37,003 bases of DNA, taken from positions 1 through 37,003 of IMG/VR virus record IMGVR_UViG_3300025888_000020, one strand, 5' to 3'. A model generated the notes under the pieces. The model worked only from the letters and a program-made list of their open reading frames with translations. It was not told where the DNA came from and did not search any database. The stretch comes from a virus. Taxonomy: Duplodnaviria > Caudoviricetes. Of the stretch, positions 25,956 to 34,314 are shown piece by piece; position 1 is the first letter of the stretch; every line of letters begins with the position of its first letter. Position numbers and translations under genes: made by a program.

Positions 25956-26653
25956 CCTGTGGATTGTATAGGGTAAACTTTCTTAAGGAAATAATTCTCG
26001 GATAAACCGAGACATAACAGGAGGTTTACACATGATTTATTATGTAAAAGGTGCAGTACTTGTCACAATTCAAGCGGATTGCTTAGAAAGAATAGGAAAT
26101 GGAAGCAGTGATCAGCACCTAAAAGACGGAAAAGTATGCGAATACCTGGACGAAATAAGCGATTTAATTAAGAAACACCAAGTTGATGAAGACTCGAAAG
26201 GGCATAAAAAGATGCTTAATCTTGCCGAGTATATCGACAAATCAACCACATTGGCCGCCGCCGTAACTAATATAAAGATTGGCCTTATGATTGATTCTGC
26301 GGACTATATGCATAGCGTTGCTCGAATTGAAACATCGAGGAATCTGGATGCAGCAGAAAGCAAGGAGCTTCTTAAATACCTCATGGGCCAGTATTCAGAC
26401 GGATTCGGCGAGGGGTTGGAACAGGATTCTTTCGAAGAAAAGCGTATAACTGTTCATACAACAGAGTACGATGAAGAAGAAGATGACTTCTACCACGAAG
26501 AACAGGAAGAAATTGCTTATTATTACTTTCACCTTTGGAACCGGAATATGATGGATTTACAGTATTTCGACATATCCGAAGCCGCCGACCACAACCTGGA
26601 CGAAAAGTAAATAAAACATAGAACAAGAAAGTTTATCCTACACAGTTCACAGG
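25956..26653 (+). repeat. Long-range inverted repeat IR2 (arms 25956-25984 / 26625-26653)
   Basis: CCTGTGGATTGTATAGGGTAAACTTTCTT / AAGAAAGTTTATCCTACACAGTTCACAGG = 25 Watson-Crick, 3 G-U, 1 A-C. Confidence 0.92.
26032..26610 (+). CDS. Acidic hypothetical protein inside IR2
   Basis: 192 aa; AGGAGG RBS; GQYSDGFGEGLEQ motif and EYDEEEDDFYHEEQEE tract. Confidence 0.8.
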   Translation: MIYYVKGAVLVTIQADCLERIGNGSSDQHLKDGKVCEYLDEISDLIKKHQVDEDSKGHKKMLNLAEYIDKSTTLAAAVTNIKIGLMIDSADYMHSVARIETSRNLDAAESKELLKYLMGQYSDGFGEGLEQDSFEEKRITVHTTEYDEEEDDFYHEEQEEIAYYYFHLWNRNMMDLQYFDISEAADHNLDEK

Positions 26654-27390
26654 TCCTAGCTTCATTTAAGAGTACGACTCTACTAATAGAAGAGGTGCAA
26701 TGACATGGAGAAGGAAAACATAATCGAAAAAATTAAGAAACTGCTTGCTCTTGCCGACGGAAACAAAAATGCTTCGGAAGCTGAGGTCCAAGCTGCTACT
26801 CTTAAGGCCCAGGAACTGATGGCTAAGTACGATGTACAGGTTGAACTTACCGAAGAAGATAAGATTGAATACGCTCAGGAAGTTTGCACACATAAGTGGG
26901 ACATGGGCTTCCGTATTCCTCTTGCCAACGCACTGTCACATAATTTCAAGTGCGAAATATTCATTTGGAATAAGAGGATTACATTCGTTGGACATTCTGT
27001 CGACGCTAAAATAGCACGCGGAGTGTTTGAAATGGCGTATGCTTTCATCCTCAAAGAGGGTAACAAACATTACAATAAGGCATACGGTATGGGTCTTCCG
27101 ACTAAAGGAGTATTTAATTCTTATGCCATGGGCTTTATCAAAGGAATAACAATTGCTCTCGGCGAACAGAGCACAGCACTCATGATTGTTACTCCGCCCG
27201 ACGTGACACAGGAACTGAAGCGCATAACTGCCGCTCCTGGATTCCGGACAAAGAACTCTACTTTTGGAACTACAGAAATGGACGCTGCTACATTCTTCCA
27301 AGGATTAAACGATGGAAAGAATATGCTGTCCAAAAAACAGATTAACGCATAAGATGAATAAGCCAGTCGTGCTCTTAAACGAAGATAGGA
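26654..27390 (+). repeat. Long-range inverted repeat IR3 (arms 26654-26679 / 27365-27390)
   Basis: TCCTAGCTTCATTTAAGAGTACGACT / AGTCGTGCTCTTAAACGAAGATAGGA = 23 Watson-Crick, 1 G-U, 2 mismatches. Confidence 0.9.
26705..27352 (+). CDS. DUF2786-domain protein inside IR3
   Basis: IIEKIKKLLALA...EAEVQAATLKAQELMAKY; NSYAMGFIKG. Confidence 0.85.
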   Translation: MEKENIIEKIKKLLALADGNKNASEAEVQAATLKAQELMAKYDVQVELTEEDKIEYAQEVCTHKWDMGFRIPLANALSHNFKCEIFIWNKRITFVGHSVDAKIARGVFEMAYAFILKEGNKHYNKAYGMGLPTKGVFNSYAMGFIKGITIALGEQSTALMIVTPPDVTQELKRITAAPGFRTKNSTFGTTEMDAATFFQGLNDGKNMLSKKQINA

Positions 27391-27402
27391 AATTGTAGCA
27401 TC

Positions 27403-28474
27403 GTAAATGTGTAGACATATACTATTCCTCCGATTCATTCGTATTCACTAAACATATCAGAAGCAGATGAATTAAACAAAATTATAGGAGGATAAATATC
27501 ATGAGTGCAAATATCGAAACTATGTTCAGCGTCAGGCTCACACCGTGGCACGGTCTTGGAACAATTATCCAGGAAGCAGTTTCCAGCGAAGAAGCTATTA
27601 AAATCGCAGGCCTTGACTGGCAGGTACGCCAGGAAGAGATTGTTTACAAAGACCAGAAAGCCGGATACTTCATGAACATTCGTAGCTCCGATGAAAAGGT
27701 GCTGGGTGTTGTTGGAGGTCGTTACAAACCGGTACAGAACCTTGAAGCGTTCGACTTTACAGATGCACTGCTTGGCGAAGGCGTCAAGTATGAAACTGCT
27801 GGAAGTCTTAGCAGCGGAAAGCGTATCTGGATGCTCGCTAAAATGCCCACCACTACTATCCTCGGAGATGCAGTAGAGCCGTTTATGGTTCTTACCAATT
27901 GCCACGATGGTTTTGGAAGCATGAAAGTCTGTATGACGCCGGTGCGTGTTGTATGTGAAAACACTCTCAACTGTGCTCTTAACGGGGCCAAGAGAATGTG
28001 GAATGTACGCCACACAGGTAACATCGCAGGCAAGCTGGACGTCGCACGTCAAACACTCGGTCTTGCTACCAACTACATGGCCAGTCTTAACAACCAGGCT
28101 GAACTGCTCACTCGGGTGCATATTGCGCCTAAGGACTTTCAAATTCTTACAAGCCAGATGTTTCCTATAACAGAGGAAATGACAGAACGCAAAATTGACG
28201 CACAGGAATTATTGCAGAGCCAATTGAAGCAGGCCTGGAACATGGACGATCTGGGTAACATTAAAGGAACCGGTTGGGGATTTATCAACGCCGTGTCCGA
28301 TATGTCCACTCACAAAGAGCCGCTGCGCAAGACAGAGAATTCGCAGGAAAACTCGTTCATGGCTATCCTGGACGCACCGCTACTCTTGGACCTTGCAATG
28401 AAGCTCGTTATGGAACGAGTCCCCGCATAACTACCTAAGCCGGTTGGAGGAATAGTATATGTCTGCACATTTAC
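27403..28474 (+). repeat. Long-range inverted repeat IR4 (arms 27403-27433 / 28444-28474)
   Basis: GTAAATGTGTAGACATATACTATTCCTCCGA / TTGGAGGAATAGTATATGTCTGCACATTTAC = 29 Watson-Crick + 2 G-U. Confidence 0.95.
27501..28430 (+). CDS. DUF932/DUF945 (TIGR03299-like) phage/plasmid protein inside IR4
   Basis: MSANIETMFSVRLTPWHGLG, YKPVQNLEAFDF, YETAGSL, TPVRVVCENTL, GTGWGFINAVSD. Confidence 0.9.
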   Translation: MSANIETMFSVRLTPWHGLGTIIQEAVSSEEAIKIAGLDWQVRQEEIVYKDQKAGYFMNIRSSDEKVLGVVGGRYKPVQNLEAFDFTDALLGEGVKYETAGSLSSGKRIWMLAKMPTTTILGDAVEPFMVLTNCHDGFGSMKVCMTPVRVVCENTLNCALNGAKRMWNVRHTGNIAGKLDVARQTLGLATNYMASLNNQAELLTRVHIAPKDFQILTSQMFPITEEMTERKIDAQELLQSQLKQAWNMDDLGNIKGTGWGFINAVSDMSTHKEPLRKTENSQENSFMAILDAPLLLDLAMKLVMERVPA

Positions 28475-28506
28475 CACATTCGCAGAAGAAAGGAGGTACT
28501 ATATTT

Positions 28507-28692
28507 ATGAGCGCAACTGCTATGATTCACAGCTTAGGCAGGACAGATGAAGTCACAATTGTCAGTGAAAACGGATGCAATAATGTGATAGCTGAATACA
28601 AGGGAAAACGGTACACCGCAGTCTTTAATGGCTTTTCCGGATTGTACTATGTAGACGATGTATACGGCGAGATTAAGGAGGAACAGAAATGA
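28507..28692 (+). CDS. Small hypothetical protein
   Basis: AAAGGAGG RBS before ATG 28507; in-frame alternative start at 28459 with its own GGAGG. Confidence 0.7.
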   Translation: MSATAMIHSLGRTDEVTIVSENGCNNVIAEYKGKRYTAVFNGFSGLYYVDDVYGEIKEEQK

Positions 28693-28976
28693 GTAACAAG
28701 ATGTGGGACAAGGAAACTAATCCTGCTGTCATCATCAAGGTAGCACCTGTACATGAAGGACAGGACTTACCTGTTGCTGTATTCATTCAGTATACTTCGA
28801 CGCCCTGGTATTGGGAGAAGTACAGTATCGAATACAAATACAGAAAGTGTGCTATCAACAAGGCAAAGATAATCGACATGCTGCACTTCGCATGGAAGTA
28901 TAAAGGAGAGAGTGCAGTGGTGTTAAAGGCTACCCTACCTACAGATAAAGAAATCGAGGAGATAAAATGCTCATAA
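28689..28976 (+). CDS. Hypothetical protein
   Basis: 95 aa; ATGA overlap; AAGGAGG RBS. Confidence 0.7.
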   Translation: MSNKMWDKETNPAVIIKVAPVHEGQDLPVAVFIQYTSTPWYWEKYSIEYKYRKCAINKAKIIDMLHFAWKYKGESAVVLKATLPTDKEIEEIKCS

Positions 28977-29413
28977 GCAGAACCTACGAATCACTCAATT
29001 ATGGATTCAGAATGTATTCATTAAATCCTGTCAAGTACGTACTCATAGGAGAAACAGACGGCAAACCATTATGTATGTCGTGGTACGCAACAGGCGATGA
29101 TGCAATCGAAGGAATGGCAATGTACAGGGAAATGATGCCCAAGATGAAACTGTGTATCGACTTAGCCGTAGAAAAGGATGCTCCCGTTGCTCTGCTCGTT
29201 TATGCAGAAACGGAAAGGCTCTATAAAAATGCTCTTAACGGATGTCACAATTTTAGCAAGAGCGATAGGACACCTGTAACGAACGGAGAGAAACAAATGG
29301 CATTCAAAGTGGCTGCTGCTAATATGTTCACAGATTATGGAGTCACAATTGAGTATCTAGAGTTTCTTACTTATCTCCAGATAAGGAGCGCAGGAGGAAA
29401 ACATAATGCCTAA
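28967..29413 (+). CDS. Hypothetical protein
   Basis: 148 aa; overlapping operon arrangement; GAGGAG RBS. Confidence 0.7.
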   Translation: MLISRTYESLNYGFRMYSLNPVKYVLIGETDGKPLCMSWYATGDDAIEGMAMYREMMPKMKLCIDLAVEKDAPVALLVYAETERLYKNALNGCHNFSKSDRTPVTNGEKQMAFKVAAANMFTDYGVTIEYLEFLTYLQIRSAGGKHNA

Positions 29414-29597
29414 GCAGAAAGTTATCAAAACATTTGTCGTCACGTACAAGTCCAGGTACTTTCCTTTCGAAGGTACGCACACCAAAAAAGTCAGAGCATA
29501 TAGCCGGGCTGATGTCAGGTTAAACTGGCACAGCATCATTCACACAGACGAGTACAAAATCACGGATGTCGTAGAGGAGGTCGAGAACAATGGCTAA
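29406..29597 (+). CDS. Small hypothetical protein
   Basis: 63 aa; AGGAGG RBS. Confidence 0.65.
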   Translation: MPKQKVIKTFVVTYKSRYFPFEGTHTKKVRAYSRADVRLNWHSIIHTDEYKITDVVEEVENNG

Positions 29598-29784
29598 ATT
29601 CGAAGTCACAATGAATTTCACATACACTGTCCAGGTTGACGCAGACAATGAAGAACAGGCTCTTGAAATGGTTCAGGAAACCGACATAGACACAGATCCT
29701 GACTATCTTGTAGTCGACGAGGATTCCATCAACGTGACAGCACTGGAAGACGACAGTTTCAACGAGGGGAATGAGGACGACTGA
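29590..29784 (+). CDS. Very acidic small protein, DpnD/PcfM-like pattern
   Basis: KFEVTMNFTYTVQVDADNEEQALE followed by a D/E-rich tail; GAGGAGG RBS. Confidence 0.7.
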   Translation: MAKFEVTMNFTYTVQVDADNEEQALEMVQETDIDTDPDYLVVDEDSINVTALEDDSFNEGNEDD

Positions 29785-29786
29785 CC

Positions 29787-30179
29787 ATGCATGGTAATCG
29801 CTCACGGGTAAGCCCGTTGGCTCGTACGTTCTGCTTATGGTTACTCGGATTAATATTCTTAACCCCGTTCCGGATTATCCGATGGCTCTTTAGTCAGCGA
29901 CGTACAGTAGTAGAGGATGAACTGGAGTATAACGATGAGGACGATTGTATTCCTGACGACCCAGACCCGCTTGCTACTTGTCCGGAGTTCATGCAAATTA
30001 TAGACATTAACGAAGATACTGTAATAGGTATCGAAGATATCGTATGGTGTCCAGACGAAACTGCTCTACTGCGTGTACTCACGGAAAAGGATGTAAGCAA
30101 ATCTTTCAAGAAGAAAGTGTACCAATTCAAGAAAGATCGATACATCAAGATTGGTACGGATAAAGTTTATCTCACATAA
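29787..30179 (+). CDS. Membrane-anchored hypothetical protein
   Basis: N-terminal FCLWLLGLIFLTPF helix and acidic linker. Confidence 0.65.
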   Translation: MHGNRSRVSPLARTFCLWLLGLIFLTPFRIIRWLFSQRRTVVEDELEYNDEDDCIPDDPDPLATCPEFMQIIDINEDTVIGIEDIVWCPDETALLRVLTEKDVSKSFKKKVYQFKKDRYIKIGTDKVYLT

Positions 30180-30216
30180 AAAAAAGCACCTGCCTGTAAT
30201 GGGTGGGTGCTTTTTT
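30178..30216. terminator. Bidirectional terminator between convergent units
   Basis: A8-GCACCTGCC-loop-GGTGGGTGC-T6. Confidence 0.8.
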
Positions 30217-30228
30217 ATTTGACTAAAA

Positions 30229-30699
30229 TTAATCTAATAGATTATCCTCGCCTATGATCTGGACAATCTCTCCTTGTAGATTTACATTGGTCGTTGTGTT
30301 CAGTCCGTTCATGGTATTGAGCTCTTTAGCAGGTAGTATGATAGCGTTTAGGCGGCTTAAGGTAATTCGTTGCGGTTGTTTTCCGCTTGTACCGTATAGC
30401 TCATCCTCAGCGTGCTCAATAAGGCGCATTAACTTCTCTTCCGCTACCTCTTTAGTCCATGCACCCTTTTTCACGGACTTATCGCGGACTTCCTCCATAA
30501 GCGCATTGTAATAATTATAGACAACACGTGAATGAAATACTCGACCTGCCTTTGTCTTTATATCGTCACGTGTTTCATCTGTAAGAGTAAGACCCATCAT
30601 CTGAGCGAATGCCTCTTCCATTTTGAGTCCCTGATAAACCATCAGTTCAACAAACATGCGCTGCTTAGGTTTAATAGGTCTGAACTTTGTATCTGCCAT
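30229..30699 (-). CDS. Probable terminase small subunit
   Basis: N-terminal KPKQRMFVE HTH-like start, helical middle, KELNTMNGL, C-terminal VQIIGEDNLLD; no other TerS candidate next to terL. Confidence 0.65.
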   Translation of the reverse strand: MADTKFRPIKPKQRMFVELMVYQGLKMEEAFAQMMGLTLTDETRDDIKTKAGRVFHSRVVYNYYNALMEEVRDKSVKKGAWTKEVAEEKLMRLIEHAEDELYGTSGKQPQRITLSRLNAIILPAKELNTMNGLNTTTNVNLQGEIVQIIGEDNLLD

Positions 30700-30734
30700 T
30701 TGAATACACGCCTCCTTAATATCTCGATGTGTAC

Positions 30735-30764
30735 ATTATACACTATCAATCGGTGATGTGTAAA
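30735..30764 (-). promoter_or_regulatory. Promoter for the terS-like gene
   Basis: TTTACA-N18-TATAAT on the minus strand, upstream of AAGGAGG. Confidence 0.55.
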
Positions 30765-31008
30765 TACGAATACTATTAAGTAATTCCTCTTCTGTCTGGG
30801 GTCTAAAATGTTCGCATTTCGCGCTCACTGCGGTAGAGCACATACACCCTCTCTTGTCACATATGCGCCCTGTATGGTGACCGCACATAAGACAGTTATG
30901 AGCATCAGGATTACTCAGGCATGCTTTCTCGTGTCGCAAACAAATAATCTCTGTTTTCTTTATCTTTCCGCAGTATCTACATTCCCAAGCTAATATTCTT
31001 TTTGCCAT
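30736..31008 (-). CDS. Cys-rich zinc-finger protein
   Basis: CRYC...HEKAC, CLMC and further Cys; AGGAGG RBS. Confidence 0.7.
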   Translation of the reverse strand: MAKRILAWECRYCGKIKKTEIICLRHEKACLSNPDAHNCLMCGHHTGRICDKRGCMCSTAVSAKCEHFRPQTEEELLNSIRIYTSPIDSV

Positions 31009-31009
31009 G

Positions 31010-31156
31010 TCAACCTCCTGTTATTGTCTTATAGTATAAGGCAAATACGATCACAAATAACATACCTATGAACATTCCCAGTAGAACAGAATAGAATATT
31101 ATAAGTAATTTACCCCACCACGTAACTGCTAATGCCGTAAATATTCTCTCTATCAT
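31010..31156 (-). CDS. Small membrane protein, 48 aa
   Basis: GGAGG RBS; MIERIFTALAVTWWGKLLIIFYSVLLGMFIGMLFVIVFALYYKTITGG. Confidence 0.6.
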   Translation of the reverse strand: MIERIFTALAVTWWGKLLIIFYSVLLGMFIGMLFVIVFALYYKTITGG

Positions 31157-31188
31157 ATGAAACCTCCCTGAAGCATTTGGCTGAAGCA

Positions 31189-32145
31189 TTACATCACATT
31201 GATAATTAAATACTCCAAGGACACATCTGCGTCCACTTGTCCTGTTTTAATTCCCATTTCGACAAACCGTGTTGTTTTCAAAGCGTGAACGAGATCGCTG
31301 ACAGTGTACGCACCCATTTTCTCTTTGGCCATTTTCACTTGCCACGAAGTAAGACCTGTGCGCTTGCATGCGTCGGAAGTGTCTGGACCTAAGCCTTGCA
31401 CCATAAGCATTTGCTTGAAAGAGTTATACAGTATCGAGAGTACCATTATCTCTGGCTCTCCTTTGCTGCGGGCCTGAAGCAGATACTTACCTGTGTTCTT
31501 ATAGTTGCGCGTAAGAATAGCATCTGTCAATTTGAATGTAATGTCACCAATCGGCTGGAAAATTGTACCGTCCTCAATAAGCACTTTGAGCACATCATCA
31601 TATGTGGAAATATGCCCTGTCGGATCTTGAGCATCTGTGTACTGCCGAATCTTATCACACTCAAGAAGTATTCGACTATAGTCCGATTCACATGTTTCGA
31701 TTAATCTCATTTTTCCATTTGTGGATAATCCCGGAAGCTCTGTTTCTACGTACTTGCAAAGTATTCCAGGAGAAACAGGCTCAAACTCTACGATCATATG
31801 TGCGTACTGTTTATAGAACTTACTGCGTTTGTCCAGTACAGGTAATACCAATACGAGCGAATTGGTGTCTGTTGCTGCACTAAATACCTGAGCCCATACT
31901 TTCTCTTGCTTAATAAAAGCATCATCGCCTCTGACTAAAAACAACCTGCGCGAAGCAGTCATGCTCTTTTTGACCATACGCTGGTATGCTTCCAATACAG
32001 TATCCGAGTGCTCTGGTTTTCTTCCTGAAGCATCTATCAATTTCTTAAGGTAGATGTCCAACACTCCGATCTCTTTGCCCGTAAGTATAAGAAGAGGACT
32101 TACACGCTTATCGAATATTTGTTTGTGTAATTCAGTTAACTCCAT
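31189..32145 (-). CDS. DNA polymerase III delta (HolA)-like clamp loader subunit
   Basis: LLILTGKE, LDKRSKFYK, ILLECDKI, IFQPIGDITFKLTDAI, EMGIKTG; clustered with dnaX and holB. Confidence 0.75.
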   Translation of the reverse strand: MELTELHKQIFDKRVSPLLILTGKEIGVLDIYLKKLIDASGRKPEHSDTVLEAYQRMVKKSMTASRRLFLVRGDDAFIKQEKVWAQVFSAATDTNSLVLVLPVLDKRSKFYKQYAHMIVEFEPVSPGILCKYVETELPGLSTNGKMRLIETCESDYSRILLECDKIRQYTDAQDPTGHISTYDDVLKVLIEDGTIFQPIGDITFKLTDAILTRNYKNTGKYLLQARSKGEPEIMVLSILYNSFKQMLMVQGLGPDTSDACKRTGLTSWQVKMAKEKMGAYTVSDLVHALKTTRFVEMGIKTGQVDADVSLEYLIINVM

Positions 32146-32407
32146 TTGTTTCGTCCTCCTGTACCAGATGATACTTCTTGCACAGAGCTTCGCATATGCG
32201 AGAATTCTCTTTTAAGTTTCGCAGAAGTATATTCTGGTCTTTTATACTCATAGTAGAGATAAAATTAATTACTATCTCTCCATACAGTCTGCGATGACTT
32301 ATGTAATGCTGCATTGCGAAATACTGCTTCTGGTCATTGAGTACGTCGCGCAGTATGCCTGACAAGTCGATATGCACTTCAGGTTTTTCTTTATTTTCTT
32401 CTTTCAA
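32132..32407 (-). CDS. Hypothetical protein, 91 aa
   Basis: TTG start overlapping the holB stop, GGAGG upstream. Confidence 0.55.
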   Translation of the reverse strand: MKEENKEKPEVHIDLSGILRDVLNDQKQYFAMQHYISHRRLYGEIVINFISTMSIKDQNILLRNLKENSRICEALCKKYHLVQEDETNGVN

Positions 32408-33252
32408 TCTAATCCAACCTCCGTCCATATTTTGCGCATTTCGAGTACCCACATATCGAAAGTGGCATCTTTCTTTACGCCCGTAAGAGAAAACTGCTGC
32501 TTGAAGAACGAACAGCACTTAAGAGTATTCCGCAGTCTTCTTACTTTGTCTACGTCGCTGCACAGGAATGCTCTCTCATACGCAATCTTGCAAATGCAGT
32601 TGAAGAATAATATAGGGTTGTAACCAGGCGTATCCTCTTTGAAGCTGAAGCTCTGTCCAATCTTAAAAGCATTGACACCTGTTACTACACCTATATTATC
32701 CAACACTTTTGAGCAAAACGCAATAAATGCTGTCGTATCCATGTCAAACAGCTCAATGACTTGCCCAGGATTCTCTGCCATAGACAATACTTCACTTGTT
32801 CTTTCCGGCGTATACCCACCAGGCGTAGCCTTAAGTATGTACTCAAGTAACTCCTCGCCCGAGTAGGGTTCCATGTTAAGAGTAGTAGCACGACTTAACA
32901 GGGTCGGAAGCATGTTACTTCTGCTCTCTACTGTAAGAACAAAATACGCGGAACGCGGAGGTTCTTCTGTAATCTTAAGCAGTGCATTTTTCGCTGCAAT
33001 GGACATCTTGTCAGCATCCGGAAATATGTACAGTGTATTGTGATCACACTTGTAAGCACTTGCTATGGTCTCACGTACCGATTCCACAGAATTGCCCGGA
33101 AGCACTTCGTACGCATGTAGCATATGAGCAAACAAGCTGGCCAGTGTTTTCCTGCCTGAACCTTTTGCGCCGACTAAAATAGTAAGCCTTGGACATTTGT
33201 CACTGTCGAGAAAGGACATAAGACATTGCTTATTTACCTCTTGTCCTATCAT
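32404..33252 (-). CDS. holB: DNA polymerase III delta-prime-like clamp loader subunit
   Basis: MIGQ start, GAKGSGRKT, ADKMSIAAKNALLKITEEPP, LPTLLSR. Confidence 0.8.
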   Translation of the reverse strand: MIGQEVNKQCLMSFLDSDKCPRLTILVGAKGSGRKTLASLFAHMLHAYEVLPGNSVESVRETIASAYKCDHNTLYIFPDADKMSIAAKNALLKITEEPPRSAYFVLTVESRSNMLPTLLSRATTLNMEPYSGEELLEYILKATPGGYTPERTSEVLSMAENPGQVIELFDMDTTAFIAFCSKVLDNIGVVTGVNAFKIGQSFSFKEDTPGYNPILFFNCICKIAYERAFLCSDVDKVRRLRNTLKCCSFFKQQFSLTGVKKDATFDMWVLEMRKIWTEVGLD

Positions 33253-34313
33253 ACTCCACTCTCCAGACAAGACAGTATAACTGCTGTCTCTACCATAGCT
33301 TTCGCATTGGGCTCCCACTTTATGTCGGCATTAAGCTGACGTGTCCATTCCAGTATCTTTACGCAGGAATCGTATTCCTCATCTTCCATTTTCTGTCTGT
33401 ACTCCGGAAGCTCCGGTATGGAAACATATTCAAAAGATTCGAATAGTTTGTACTTACACACATCGATAATAAAGTACTGGAACTGTTTAAGAAACTGTTT
33501 CAGATCCTTGCCTGCGTTATACGTATCATCGATGAGCTTAACCGCCTGTTTAACACCGCCTGTCGCCAGCAAATACAGCAGTTCAAAGTGCGTAGTGTAG
33601 TTTACGGTGCCCAAGGCAGTAACAGCGTTCTCAATGGTGAGATCTTCACTGTATGAAAGGCATTTGTCAAGCATAGTAATAGCGTCACGCATGCCGCCGT
33701 CAGCCAGCTTTGCAATGTACTGCACAGCTTCATCTTTCCACAAGATACTACCTATGTCACACAAATCAGGATCATCAATGTCTTGACTGTTTTCGCAGTG
33801 TATAATCCACTTAAGACGCGCAACAATACTTTGCAGCGAAATTTTACTGAAGTCGTAACGCTGTACACGAGAGAGGACAGTAGCTGGAATTTTTTGCGGA
33901 TCGGTGGTGCACATAATAAATACAGTATTTTTCGGAGGCTCTTCGATTAACTTGAGCATGGCGTTGAAAGCACCGATGGAAAGCATATGTACCTCATCTA
34001 TAATATAGACTTTGTATTCGCTATCCAGTGCTCTTCGTTTTGCATTGTCTATAATCTCACGAATATTGTCTACGCCGTTATTGGAAGCAGCATCTACTTC
34101 AATCGTGTTGCCCTCTCCGGAATTAATATCACTGGCAAATATTCGAGCAGCGGTAGTCTTTCCGCAGCCCGCAGGACCGCAGAACAAATACGCCTGCTTG
34201 AAGGTGTTGGTTTCGATTTGCTGACAGAGGATAGTTTTAATGGAGGCCTGCTCCACTACATCGTCGAATGTCCTCGGTCTATACTTTACTGCTAGTGTTA
34301 CTCTTGCGCACAT
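33249..34313 (-). CDS. dnaX: DNA polymerase III gamma/tau clamp loader ATPase (gamma-sized)
   Basis: LAVKYRPRTFDDVV, GPAGCGKTT, EVDAASNNGVD, IIDEVHML, EEPP, GGMRDA; start ATG 34313 with AAGGAG. Confidence 0.92.
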   Translation of the reverse strand: MCARVTLAVKYRPRTFDDVVEQASIKTILCQQIETNTFKQAYLFCGPAGCGKTTAARIFASDINSGEGNTIEVDAASNNGVDNIREIIDNAKRRALDSEYKVYIIDEVHMLSIGAFNAMLKLIEEPPKNTVFIMCTTDPQKIPATVLSRVQRYDFSKISLQSIVARLKWIIHCENSQDIDDPDLCDIGSILWKDEAVQYIAKLADGGMRDAITMLDKCLSYSEDLTIENAVTALGTVNYTTHFELLYLLATGGVKQAVKLIDDTYNAGKDLKQFLKQFQYFIIDVCKYKLFESFEYVSIPELPEYRQKMEDEEYDSCVKILEWTRQLNADIKWEPNAKAMVETAVILSCLESGV

Positions 34314-34314
34314 A

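Noticed and set aside
25689-28474. Shufflon or invertase sites
   Set aside because: The four repeat pairs share no common core, mismatches are G-U biased, all genes are co-oriented and no recombinase is in the window. Not fully excluded without reads.
31720-31728. Perfect DnaA box inside the holA-like gene
   Set aside because: Isolated and within coding sequence; compatible with chance.
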